NCBI RefSeq assembly: GCF_009914755.1 | Contig: NC_060943.1 | Strand: one strand, 5' to 3' | From: the human T2T-CHM13v2.0 reference genome, Homo sapiens | Length of the DNA: 64,000 bases | In this document: positions 35,810-51,968 of the stretch, in pieces | How the letters are laid out: each line of letters starts with the position of its first letter | Numbering within the stretch: position 1 is the first letter of the stretch | Made by a program: the position numbers and the translations under genes | The notes under the pieces: model-generated | Told to the model about the DNA's origin: nothing | Seen by the model: only the letters and a program-made list of their open reading frames with translations | Databases searched by the model: none

Positions 35810-37939
<2,130 letters not shown>

Positions 37940-39044
37940 TTAAAGCCTATGCCTTTAACAGCTTGTTTACATCAAAAACCTACAGAAGTGCCTTCCCCCT
38001 GGGTAAGCGTTCTCTTATTTGTTGACAGTGTCTCTATTTTATCTCTTAAGACCACAGCAGCAGCAGCCAACAGCAAACAAGTGCTTTCCCTGCAAGGTGC
38101 TAAGAACATTTATCTGCAATGATCTCATTTCATCCTCACCACAGACAATAAGGGCAGGTGGGCAAGATTCCTTACTCTGCAATTCCCCCAGGTCCAAAAG
38201 GGTCTGAACACCAAGTGTTTTCTACCAGTGTGGTGCCAAAACTCACGCTGGAGCTGTTTTCACCTGTAAGGACATTTATAATCTTTCTTTGTCCTACTTA
38301 GTGCAGAATTAATCTATTTAAATACAAGGTGCTTCCCCAGACCCCACGTGACTTCTCTTAAGCTAGAATTCCAAAATACATCTAGCTCCAAGGGTTCCAA
38401 AGACGGAGCTGTGAACCCAGCTTCATCTTCACTTTCCAGAGTAGGGACTGGGACTTGAGGCAGGATAAAACCGAGGGTATACAGATCCAGTCTTCTACCT
38501 TCCCTAAGTAAAGAGGCTAGAAATCCATTCAAATGGATTCCTTCCAGGGATCTGGACCTTCCTGAGATGCCTAAAATCCAGGCATTGTTGATTAATAGCT
38601 GTCCATAAGAAACACTGAGAGCAGCTTTGAAGAGTTCACCCAGGGGAAAGCCTTATAATGTAAGGAATACCCAGCCCCTGCGGTCTCCACTGTTTGCTCA
38701 ACTGGCCTCTGGAAACTTGTTCTTTCAGCAATTGGGCCACCAGTAAAATGGCCTCAGACTTTAGGTAATGTGATCTGTGAGTACTGCAACTGCAAATGAC
38801 AGCCTACCACACCCTCACAAGATACAGTCAGCAAGCTGCTGAGCAAAATATCTGTGTCTGTTCAGGCGAGAGGGGCCCTGGTGCTTCCCTAGGAAGGAAA
38901 GACGATCCATCAAACCCTCCAAGATCAATGGCAATCTCTGCTCTAACTCTATACCCTGCACCACATTAACATTCTGTTCCACAATACCATCTGCAAAGAT
39001 CGCAGAGCAGGCCCTTCTGTAGCCAGTTTTGGCTCCTATTATGA

Positions 39045-41115
<2,071 letters not shown>

Positions 41116-41229
41116 TCTAAAAAAAAAAAAGAGTCTTATTTGAAGGAGTAACACAGAGTACCAAAAATTAAAAGATAACTGGAATTAGGTTAGGTTGCCT
41201 TCAATCTTTATTATCTGAGCCAAGAGTAG

Positions 41230-41680
41230 GGTGACAACCATCCTCAAAGATGGTCTCCATTCCTGCCTCTTAACGTTATGTAGATCCCTCCCAACTAATA
41301 GAGCTAGCCAGTGCAACCAATAAGATTTATGAAAATGACTGAGTGTGACTTCTGGGATTTTCGCCTTGCTCTTTCTGGGATCATTCAGTCTGGAGAAAAC
41401 CAGCCACCATGTTGTGAGGATACTCCAGCAGCCAGCCCTAGGGAGAGATCCATGGGGCCAAGAATTATTGGCCAGCATCAGCCTGCCAGGCATGGGAGTT
41501 TAAGTCACCTTGGAGGTGGGACCTCCAGCCTCAGTCAGGCTTTCAGATGACTCTAGTCCACATAGAGATCCTAAATGTAACCTCATGATATTCCAAGCTA
41601 GAACCACCCAGCGAAATCACCTATCCATTCCAAACATAAAGAAACTGTGTGAGACAATAAATGTTTCTATGACAAGTACA
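41230..41680 (+). mobile_element. MLT1-like (ERVL-MaLR) LTR
   Basis: ctccagcctcagtcaggctttcagatgac...gaaactgtgtgagacaataaatg motifs. Confidence 0.6.
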
Positions 41681-42366
41681 GTAGCATTTCAGACCTTTGT
41701 TTGAGGGCCTGATTCTGGATATTTCTGTGCTGTTTACCACTGCTCTCCTCTTCCCCTCTCAGTGCTAGAGATGCAGCTTCCTTTCCCACGTATAAATAAG
41801 GTAACAGGGTTCAAAAGCAGGGCGAGTTAATAAAAAGATTTATCAGTCACCTTTTATGTTTAATAATGCTAACATTTGCTTCGAGGCCTCTAGGACTTAC
41901 CCTTAAAGCTATTAGTTGTCTGAAATGTGAATTAAAATGCCTTTGACTTTAGTGCCCTACTTCTTAAATAAGGGGAAGACTCACATTGTAAATTACTGTG
42001 GTTTTCAGTTTATCAAGATAAAGGAAAAACTAATCATTACTTTTTTAGCTTGGCTATCTCAGTGCCCACCCAAACCCAGAACTACAGCCTACAAGACCTA
42101 GAGCTGGAATTCAGGTTTGGTCATTAGTGACCTTGTATCTCAGTTTCCTCATCTATTAAAAAAAAGAGCTCCATTACTCAGCTACCCCACAGCACCCAAC
42201 CATTCATCTTCTGGTTTCTTCAAGAGTCCTGTTTTTAAAAACCATGAAACTGTCTTCCAGTTCTTGGTAAGACTTGGTGAGAATTATATTCCAATCCCAG
42301 GGATGTCAGTAACAACCCCATAGTCTTTCCTCCTGAACTAGGAAAGCTACAGAAAGGCTCTGGCAG

Positions 42367-42578
42367 AGCTGCCCAACTTGGGCACTACTGATGTTTGACG
42401 CCAGATACTTCTTTGCGGTAGGTGTCATTGTGTATACCGTAGCAGGGCAGCATCCCAAACCTCCATCCACTAGATACCAGCAGCACTCCCACTCCCATAT
42501 GTGACAACCAAAAATGTCTCCAGACATTGCCAGATGTCATCTGGGGCAGAATCACCCCTGGATGAGAACCCACTGGGC
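42367..42578 (+). mobile_element. MER20 DNA transposon
   Basis: gtgacaaccaaaaatgtctccagacattgcca...gagaacccactg. Confidence 0.8.
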
Positions 42579-43439
42579 TGGGGGATGGTTGCTAGAAAAA
42601 CTGGGGTTCTTGGAAAGCTCCTGACCTGGCAGCCAGGGTAGAGGGGACTGGCACTACCTTCTTGCCTATGCCAACATAAAGTGGTCTACAAAGGAGCCCC
42701 ACAGACTCACGTTGCATTCTCAGTTCTCAAAATTCCAAGTAGAATGCAGGTTACCTGGCAACCACACACGCTCAAGCCTATAATACCCTCACCAAACAGG
42801 GAGGCCTAGTGTAAGTCTCCTGGCCGAGTAGCCTCATCAGTCACTGCCAAGGCAAACCCAGGAGGCCTTGGCAATTCACCCAGTGATGATTTACAGTCGC
42901 CCAAGCATATTGCGGGGGGCGGAGAGGGGCTCTCGGATCTGTCACCCACTCTCCCTTTCAAATCCCATTGGCCTCCCACTGGCCTCCCTGGCTGATCTTC
43001 TAACAAGCCAGGCAGTTCCTGCCCGTAAGCCTTTTACAGCAAAAGCTCCCTGGGCCAGATATCTTTATTCGCTCCCTCCATTTAGGTCTCTGCTCAAATG
43101 TCACCTCTTTACAGAAGGCTCCAACCACTCCACGTAGTGGAGCGACCCCCGCACGGTACTGACCACCCTAAAATATATCCTACACTCGCTTATTTGCCTG
43201 TTAAGATCCTCGCCTCTAAGCTGCTTGAGGAATTCTTGTCTGTATTCCCAATACCCAGTCTGTACCGGACACGGTTCATTTGACAGACGCAGAGGGAATT
43301 AACATGGAACCTTGTCATTCCTTGCAGTTCAGCCCCTAGGGGCCCAAGGCTCCCCGCTCAGCCCAAACCCTTCCAATATTTACTTATCCCCCTAGGGCCT
43401 GGCGCCTTTCCCAGTTCTGAAATAGACAAAAGGGGGTGG

Positions 43440-44400
43440 TGGGTGGGATCGGGATGGGGGTGTAGAGCTGCGGCGTTTTTGCAGAGAAACTGCGCGGGGG
43501 AGGACGCGACAATGGCGACGGCAGCCGAGCCTGCTGCCTGCTCGCAAGGACCAAGGCCTGAGAAAGGGAAACCTAAGGCGTCGAGGTCCAGGAGCGCAGG
43601 CCAGGGACGGAGGTGGTGGGGGCGGAGACCTCGTGCGCTGAGGCCCGGACCCACGGACACAGGCGACAGAAGCCAAGACATCAGGCGGCCGGGAGCCGGG
43701 ACGCCGGCTGCAGACACAGAGAGCTGAGGCAACGAGGCGTGAGGGCAGCGACCCTGAGGCGACGGGCCAGCGGCGCCATTTTGTGACCGCAGGGAAGGCA
43801 GTGACGGGGCCCCAGGGGAGGTGCGGGCAAGCCTGGTGCGGCATCCGCACGTCCCTGTCCCATCCCCCACGCAGAGCCCGACCCCACCCTGCCAGGCCCA
43901 CCTGTGTAGCTCATGGTGGCGGGCAACACAACATCCGACGACGCCGGCTTCTGCTGCTCTGAACATCCGACGCTGCGATAGCTGCTGCTAACCACAGGGT
44001 CCCCTCCACACACACCCGAGCCCCGCCTCCCGACCGCATTGGCTCATACCGGCCTCGGCTTCACGTCTATTGGAAGGAACCGCTGTCTATCTCTATGCCT
44101 CCTCATATCAGTGGCTGGAAGCTGCTGGCAATCTCGTGAGAGCCCCGCCTTGTCCCCGCCTTCTGTTATTCTAAGGCCTCAGTGATTGGCCTACAGAAGC
44201 CGGCAGAGAGGCGGAGTCCTATAGAATTTGAGGGGGCGGAGCTGTGCACTACGGAAAGGCCCAAGGCCCAAGCATGGTCGGGCTGGAGGAGCGCCCGTAC
44301 CCTGGAGACCCGCCAGAGGGAGTCGGGTCTACGGCTCAGGGCAGGGCTGGGATGCCAACTCCGCCACCGAGGTGCTGGGTAGGGGACCTAGCTAAGTCTC
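43440..44400. promoter_or_regulatory. CpG island / AKAP8L promoter
   Basis: CCAAT boxes (ATTGG at 44038, 44069, 44185), GC boxes ~44022, 44143, 44154, 44232; YY1 site 43774. Confidence 0.85.
43902..43914 (-). CDS. AKAP8L: AKAP8L exon 1 coding part (MSYT-G)
   Basis: Kozak GCCACCATG at 43914; donor |gtgggc. Confidence 0.95.
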
Positions 44401-45828
44401 TCAAATTCTCTGGCCTTCGGCTCCAAAACAAGCATAGCAAAGCCATGTTGAGAAGAGAAAATTAAAACAGCACCAAACAAGATGCTGGACACACGTTTCA
44501 ACATTACGTGACAAAGTGTGTGTAAAGAAATCATTCTGGTGCCAGTGCACTGAATAAATGTGATTAATCGTAACAAAACGATAATATATTTATATGGCAT
44601 ATGCTTATATGTGTAATAATTCCGTTTGTATTGTGTGTCATTCGAATGCTCCTTCAAACCTGCAAAAAGCTTTTAATCCTCACTTAAAACTGAAGCTTGG
44701 AACTCATGATTTGCTCAAGGTCCTTGACAGTTACGTGTTAAAATGGGAGCTTTGCTTCTAAAACCCTCCTGATTCACTCTGGGCTCGAGAGATCCTGCAA
44801 TAGTGCAGCCGGGCACCAGTCATGTCCTCAGTCTGTTTCCTGGGCATATGGAAACCCTGCCAGGGACAACTCATAATTTCTAGAGATGACAGAGCTGCAC
44901 CGAAGAGTACTTAACACGTGTGTTTGTGAAAACTCATTAAGCTGCGCAATTACGACTTCTACGCTTCGTGTGTTTTAAAACTTTAAGGTATGCTGTTTCT
45001 TTTTGATATTGTTGATTTCTTTAGGTGTAATAGTGGCATTTACAACGTTGAGAGAAACATACTGAAATACTAAGAAGTTAACTGATCTTATGGCCAGGAT
45101 GTGCTTCACACAATTCAGACAGGTAGAGAGAGGAGGAGGAAGCAAGGAGCTATAAGATAAATCTCTGACAGCTGAAGACATTGGTCATGGGTTGGTGATG
45201 GATAGATGAGAGTCCATTTTACTGTTTGCTCTACTTTTGTATAGTTGGAATTCTCCATGATAAACTGTTTTAATAAAACTCCCCCCACCCAAATGAGGCT
45301 TCTGCAGAACTTGCTGCCATACGGAACAAAGCCACTTCTGATGTGTTAAGTGAGCAAACTCCAAACATGAAGCAGAGATCTGACGGATAAGCACTCTGGC
45401 TTCGGGGTTCATCTCCCCATCAGCCTCAGGGATGCCTGCCTGTCTTCCAAACCAAGGCAGGGCCCCAGGACACGTCTTCTGCGCCCTGCAGGTTCGTTCC
45501 TTCATCGCACTTGCCACAGTCATCATTGTACCGATTTGATTTCGTTCACATCCAACACCCTCAGAGACCACGGCTCAAAAGCTGAGACTTTGCTGCCTGA
45601 GGTGTATTGAAGTGGCTTGAGCAGAGAAGAGCAATGCTCAGAAAGTTTTAGGAAAACATCCCCCTGCAAGAACTGGAGGTGACTCTTCCAAGGACACACA
45701 TGACCCTCACTTCACTGCATGATTGGTGGGGAGGAACTTGCCATATGACTTTATAAGCTCTTGTATCATTTGACTGTTTTTTGTCACATCTAGCCTATAC
45801 CACTTTTATATTTCAAAAACTGACTTAC

Positions 45829-46173
<345 letters not shown>

Positions 46174-47097
46174 TCACAAGATGCTCTCCCTGCTTCCTAA
46201 GTCCTGGATACATCCACCCACCCACAGCACAGGATGGAGAGAAGTGGTTGCGGCCTTCTGCCACCAGGCGAGATGTGCGTCCTGACCCCACAGGAGCAGA
46301 CGTGTGGGCCAAGACCACCCTTGTGGGCGTTATTGCAGCCTGTTAATCCCTCCTTCCCAGGAAGGGGTATGGTGGGAGGGCCCAGAAAGCAGGGCTGGGG
46401 GTAGAGGTGGCCCCTTCTGTCCACACGCCATGAGGTCGTTCCCACTCTCCAGCACTTGACCGTTTAGTAAAAACGATGAGCTGAAAAACCACATGCAATA
46501 AACAAGAAGGAGCAGCCAACAAAATCTCTTAAAATCTCAGAAATGTTCAATAAACATTTGCAGAGCGAGAAAATAAATAACATCGCAAAGGAGCCAGTGG
46601 CTCCTCTTTTCCCCGCATGTTCCTTGGGTCAGGGGTGCATGTGTCTCACTAGAAGTCACATGTATTAAAAGCAGGTGAGTTCCAGCTCTCTACAACCCCA
46701 CTGGCCCCCACCCAAATGCTCCCAACGGGTCCCTGACACCCTCGCTGGTAGCTCCTGCCTTTGATAAGCTCCTCTAGCCTCAACTGCTTCTTGATCCTGG
46801 CTCCCTTCCCAGACAGGCTGCCCAGAACCCTGGTTCATCTGCTCACTGGAGCCGCTTTGCCAGCCAGCCAGAGACCCCCTCCCAGCCATGGCCTAAAGAG
46901 CCAACAGCTGGGAACTTGGGCTCATCCCCAGCTGCGTCTGGTCGGCTTGGCGGCCAACTGGAAAACCCAGGGCCTCCATGGCGCTCTGGACAGAGGAGGC
47001 CCCGATCCCAGCCCCGGCTGCCAGCCAATGCCAGCCTGTCCACTTGACAGAAAAACACACGCTGGCCGCCTGCCCCAGGGTGTTTCCAGAAGAGAAA

Positions 47098-47103
47098 TTT
47101 AAT
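47098..47103 (-). terminator. WIZ: Probable WIZ polyadenylation signal ATTAAA
   Basis: tttaat on plus strand; UGUA just upstream; GU/U-rich gtgtgtttttctgt downstream (~47045-47060). Confidence 0.7.
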
Positions 47104-48062
47104 CTAATTTACATACTTCTAGGTACATCGATAACCAAAATGTGGCCACTGAAAAAAGTTAAAAGGTCAATCAGCTCCTGGCTTCTAGCTGGCCCAGGAT
47201 TGCAAAATAAAAAGATCCACGTTCCTTATTCTCTACACAAAACGCGTTTTTAAAAAAGTGAAAGGTCTAGGGAGCTATACATAGAAAGCAACAGTGAAAA
47301 GGGAGAGGGAGCAGGAGTGGGGGAGGAGAGTCCCACCCCCCAACCCCACCCTCCAGGGCCCCAGAGCCCCTGAGGCTCTTTGGGGGGCCTTGACATGGCA
47401 GGAGGCAGCTGTCAGCTCTGAGCTCTTCCCAGCTGGGAAGGCCCCTCTCGGGGGCAGCCAACAAGGATTTCCGTGGCATTGTGGGCTCAGTGGGGGGCTC
47501 CCAGGCCCCAGCAGGCCCCACAGAGGGAGCGTGGCTTCCCCTGAGCAAGCACCGTGGCATGATGTGGTCGTTCAACCCAGGAACTGGGGGTCCGGGGCAG
47601 GTCCCGGGTCTCACGAGGTGCGTGTTGTGTGTGTTCGCATGTACATGTGTGTGAGAGGATATTCATGGGGGAGAGAGGGAACCAGAACAGGGGTCTTTGG
47701 GGTCTTTGCAAATGGCCACGGATGGCAGACATCGCCCTGCCTGGCTGCTAGACGGGGGAGTGCTGTCCTCCCCTGTGACCAGACCGGCTGCCATCAGAGA
47801 CCTGGCTGCTGCCCCTGCTGGACCAGGTGGGCATGGGCTGAAGGAAGACACCCTGTGGCCCCAGAGTCCTCGGGCTGGGGGAAGGGCAGCTAGCTGGCTC
47901 CCGGCGCCCTGGCTGTAGTGTGCCCGGCCCCCAAGGGGCGCCGGTTTGAGGTTTTGGCTTGCTCCTTTGGAAACGGAAAGAAAGAGGAAGAGGGACGAGG
48001 ACACAGAGGAGGAAGAAGAGGAGACAGAGGTGGCACGAGAGGGGATCTGGAATGCTTTTGTG

Positions 48063-48222
48063 TTAGGGAGCCTCTGCCGCCGCTGTCTGTGCCTGCGGGG
48101 CCTGGGACTCCTCAGGTGGGGGGTCCGCTTTGGAGAAGTTCATCTCCAGGATGTGCCGCTGTAAGTGCCGCACCCACTCTTCCTGGATGGAGAGGGGGCC
48201 CTGGAATTCCACCTCACAGAAC
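48063..48222 (-). CDS. WIZ: WIZ last coding exon (FCEVEF...AEAP*)
   Basis: tgcag| acceptor; TAA 48065-48063; completes the C-terminal finger. Confidence 0.95.
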
Positions 48223-48649
48223 CTGCATGGGGGAACAGAGAGAGGGAGTGGCCAGTGCTGTGAGGAGAGGCGGAAGCATAGCCTTGCCAGCATCCCTGGG
48301 CACACCTGCTGCTACTCAGTGTGGACAGAGCCAGCCCAGGAGGCGGGGGAAGAGGGACCCAGAAGTCAGGCGTTTCCCATGGACAGCCACCTCCACTCAC
48401 CATGGGGTCATGGCAGGGTCTCACAGAGACCCCTGCCTCTGTGCTCAGAAGTCACTGGTGCCAGGTAAGGGCTACTGGCTTCCAGGTACCCCTGCCATCT
48501 GGCAGATACATAGAATCTGAGACAGTAGAGGGCACAGAGAAGCAAATCCTACCCAACGCACCAAGCCCCCCCCCTCCTCCTGTCTTCCTGGCACCTAAAA
48601 AGGCCTCACAGCACAGAGGCCTGGAGCCCAAGCTCCATGGCTCAAGACG

Positions 48650-49030
48650 TGGCTTTGACTCTGACTTCTGACTTGGCCTGTATGGCCTCAGGCAAGTCAC
48701 CTCACGTCTCAGAGTCCCAGTTCGCTGCTCTTCAATGTACTTGTGGACTTTGGTAAGAATTAACTAAGATCTACTTTTTTCTTGAGCCAGACACTAGTTG
48801 AGTGCTTACTTACCATGTGCCAGGCAGTTCTGAGTGCTTTATAAATATTAAATTCACTTACTCCTCGTAACAAATCTGTAAGGTAGGTTTGTTATCAACC
48901 CGCTTTTATGAGTGAGGAAATTGAGGTAAGGAGCAGGTAAGTCCTTCCCTGAGGTCACTAAGCTGGTAAGTGGCAGAGTTGGGATTTGAACCCAGGTCTC
49001 GCAGGCTACAAAGCTCAGGGTGTCAGCCTT
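48650..49030. mobile_element. MIR elements
   Basis: gaggaaattgagg, ggcagagttgggatttgaacccagg core motifs. Confidence 0.7.
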
Positions 49031-49169
49031 TAGCCTGAGCCCCACCACACCCAAGGGCAGCCACTGAGGCGACACCTCCCAGCTTCCACCAAACCCTATC
49101 CTGTTCCAAGGCTCCGGGTGACCAAGGTCCACTCAGGTGGTCTCCCTCCCTCCCCCAGGGGCAGCCTAC

Positions 49170-49365
49170 CTGCATTTGAGGGTGTAGATGTTGCCCACGA
49201 ACTTGACAAGTGATGTCTGGGGGGGCCGGGGCACCAGGGAGGGGACTGGCCGGACTCGGGGTGGGGGTTGCCGCACCTCCTCCAGCTTCTGCTGTAGGTC
49301 ATTGGTGTCCTCGCCTCCCCGGGCTGCGGAGGCATCTGGAGGGCGGGCTTGTCGGCGTTCAAATT
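49170..49365 (-). CDS. WIZ: WIZ penultimate exon (FERRQ...YTLKCR)
   Basis: cttag| and |gtaggc, 196 nt, phase 1-2. Confidence 0.95.
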
Positions 49366-49599
49366 CTAAGGTGGAGAGGGGGACGGGAGATGAGTGGGAG
49401 GGGTGGATGCTGCAGAGACTTGGAATACACAAGAGCTGAGGACTGATGCTACCTGGATGGGTGGGATGGGGGATGGATGGGTGAATGGGTAAGCAACTGG
49501 AGAAAGGACTTAAGGGCCACAGCAGAGCGCCTGGGGAGTGGCTGGGTGGGCCTGACAGGTGCCCGCTGCGCTCCCGACCCTCCTCCACCAAGCACTCAC

Positions 49600-50019
49600 T
49601 GTTGATGTTCTGCCGCTGGTGCTCCTCAGCCTTCACGGTGCCTGGCGGGCTGGCTGCCAGAGGCCGCTCACCACCGTCGGCTGCCCGGCCAGCCTCGGGC
49701 CCTGGCTCCCCTCCGGCACTGCGGCCGACCACGGCCAGGCCCCCGGGTGCCAGCCCCAGGGACGGCCGCTTGTCACTGTCACGGCCATGGCCGGCACTGC
49801 GGAACTTCTTGGTGAAGGGGCGGCCGCCCTGGATGTAGCTGCGGTAGGCGCCCACCTTCTGGGGCCGGTGTTTGATCCACTCGCTCAGTGTCTCGATGGG
49901 CGAGCCATTGACGCACCACTCGGTCACGCCGAACTGCCGCAGGTGTGCCCGTGCGTGGCTGGCCAGGGCCTTGCGGTTTTCAAAGTAAAGGCCACACAGC
50001 TCGCAGCAGGCCTCGGTGG
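49600..50019 (-). CDS. WIZ: WIZ exon with ZF CELCG...HARAH
   Basis: cgcag| and |gtgagt, 420 nt, phase 1-1. Confidence 0.95.
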
Positions 50020-50227
50020 CTGCGGGGCGGAGGGGGTGCTGCTGAGTCACAGCCCAAAGGGGGCAGGTGCACCCAGATGGCCCTGCCCAGGCCAGGTGCC
50101 AATCCCGCCTCCCACACAGACCCAGCCATGGGGGCCCCACTTGGGGTCAGTGTGCACGCTTGTGGCATTGCCTGGCCTGGCAGGCCCTGGCGGTCGCCCT
50201 CCCAGGACCCTGCCGCCCGCTGCTTAC

Positions 50228-50755
50228 AGGAGTGGGAGGTCTTCTCATGAAGGGTCTTTGCCTTGAAGGGCAGTTCAGTCTGGATGTAGGTCTTGGCCTT
50301 GACCTCTGCTGGGAGGAGGCGGTCCTCCTGCAGGGGCCGCTTGGCTGCCACTGAGCCCAGGTAGCCAGTGGCTGAGGGCTTGGCCCCAGTGATGGGCGTC
50401 AGGCTGAGCTCACGAGGAACCTGGGCCGGCCCTGCACCTGGTTTGCCTGGCCGGCCAGCCAGGGGCGACAGCGGCAGTGGGGACTGCACGGGCCCAGGGG
50501 CCACGGTGGGAGGCCCGTCCTCAGCCAGGGCAGGGGCCAGGTCTCCAGCCGGTGGCTCCTTCTTGATGAGGCACGGCTTGGACTTCTTCTTGAGGATCTC
50601 TCGCAGTGTGTCGATGGGCGAACCATTGACGGACCACTCGGTCACACCCATCTGCCGCAGGTGTGAGCGCGCGTGACTCGACAGGCCCTTGCGGTTCTCG
50701 AAGAACTCGCCGCAGAACTCACAGCGGATGTCGCGCACCGGCTCTGCCCGGGACG
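50228..50755 (-). CDS. WIZ: WIZ exon with ZF CEFCG (copy 2)
   Basis: tgcag| and |gtaagc, 528 nt, phase 1-1. Confidence 0.95.
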
Positions 50756-50780
50756 CTGCAGGGGATCCAGGGTAGGGGGA

Positions 50781-50908
50781 AGGAGGAGGAGGAGGAGGAG
50801 GAGGAGGAGGAGGAGGAGGAGGGAGGAGGAGGGAGGAGGAGGAGGAGGAGGAGGAGGAGGAGGAGGAGGAGGAGGAGGAGGAGGAGGAGGAGGAGGAGGA
50901 GAAGGAGG
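50781..50908. repeat. (GGA)n/(TCC)n trinucleotide repeat, ~42 units with two GGGA interruptions
   Basis: Direct reading. Confidence 0.97.
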
Positions 50909-51079
50909 CGGCGGCTGCGGGCAGGAAGCCTCCAAGCTCAAAGCCCCCGTATCAGTGCCAGCTGCCTAGCTACCCCTGTCCACACCACCCACCAGACCGC
51001 AACAACCTGCTCCCTCATCTGGGCTTCCAGAGGCCCTTTTAACATCTGGCTCTTCTGCTTGTTCTGTCACTTCAAATTC

Positions 51080-51570
51080 TAGCTGGCTTCAAGATACCTC
51101 CCTGTATGATCCTGGGCAAGTCACTTTCCCTCTCTGAGCCTGTTTCCTCCGCTGCAAAATGGAGATGAAAACCCCTACCTCCCAGTGTTACTTTGGGACG
51201 GTCTAAAATGGGAACAGCTCTCAGCATGGGGCACAGAGCTGGTACACAACACACGTGAGCGCTAAGGCACAAGCCTGGGCTGCCCTCACCTGCTCAGCAC
51301 ACAGTGGGCATCCAATCAACCTGAGCAGAATGAACACAGTGCTGGTGTGACAGGCAAGCGAGCAAGTGACATTACAATGATGGCATACAGAGTTTTCTGT
51401 AACCAGGTGCTGTGCTAAGTGCTTTATCCCACTTAATCCTCAAGAAAACCAGACAGAGTTGGGACTATGCTGATCTCCATCTTCCAAATGAGGAAACTTG
51501 CCCAAGGTCACATAAAGCTAGACTGTGGAGGAACAGAGATCTTAACTCACACTTGACTCCCAATGTCAAG
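51080..51570. mobile_element. MIR elements
   Basis: ctgggcaagtcactt..ctctgagcctgtttcctc and gaggaaacttgcccaaggtcac. Confidence 0.7.
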
Positions 51571-51968
51571 CACTTAATTACCAAAAATGTCAGAAAGACA
51601 CAGTTCAGACGTTCACTGCCAGTCCCTACGCTCCTGCTGTAGCAGACATCACTAATGGATCCCCGCAGTCTTTCTCCCTAGGAGTCTGGCTGGCAGCCAC
51701 TACCAATCGATTGAAATGGCACAAGAGATGGAATCTTTCTGCTGTCACTGAATGACACAATCCTGCTTCTCAAATGAATAAAGGACAATTGAGCAGCAGC
51801 TCAGTTGCAGGGGTCTGCATAGCAGGAATACACAGCTAACCCTGTGTCCTCTCTACCTGCGTGTCCTCCCTTCCAATTCAACCCTAGGCACTCTGGATAC
51901 CCCCAAGGGGAGGCAGGGAGGAGACCCCTCCAACTGTTCTCCCTGCCCTACTGCAGGGTCACACTTAC

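Noticed and set aside
47294-48520. ~200-aa plus-strand ORFs
   Set aside because: Antisense to the WIZ last exon and GC-rich 3'UTR; no independent gene signals.
50020-50227. ORF 49980..50738 extending through a WIZ intron
   Set aside because: The intron is 208 nt (not a multiple of 3), so retention frameshifts to a stop at 49980; not an exitron.
50642-51082. PolyE/R/G and polyP/L ORFs
   Set aside because: Frame read-outs of the GGA repeat; only the WIZ-frame alternative-acceptor reading is kept as a hypothesis.
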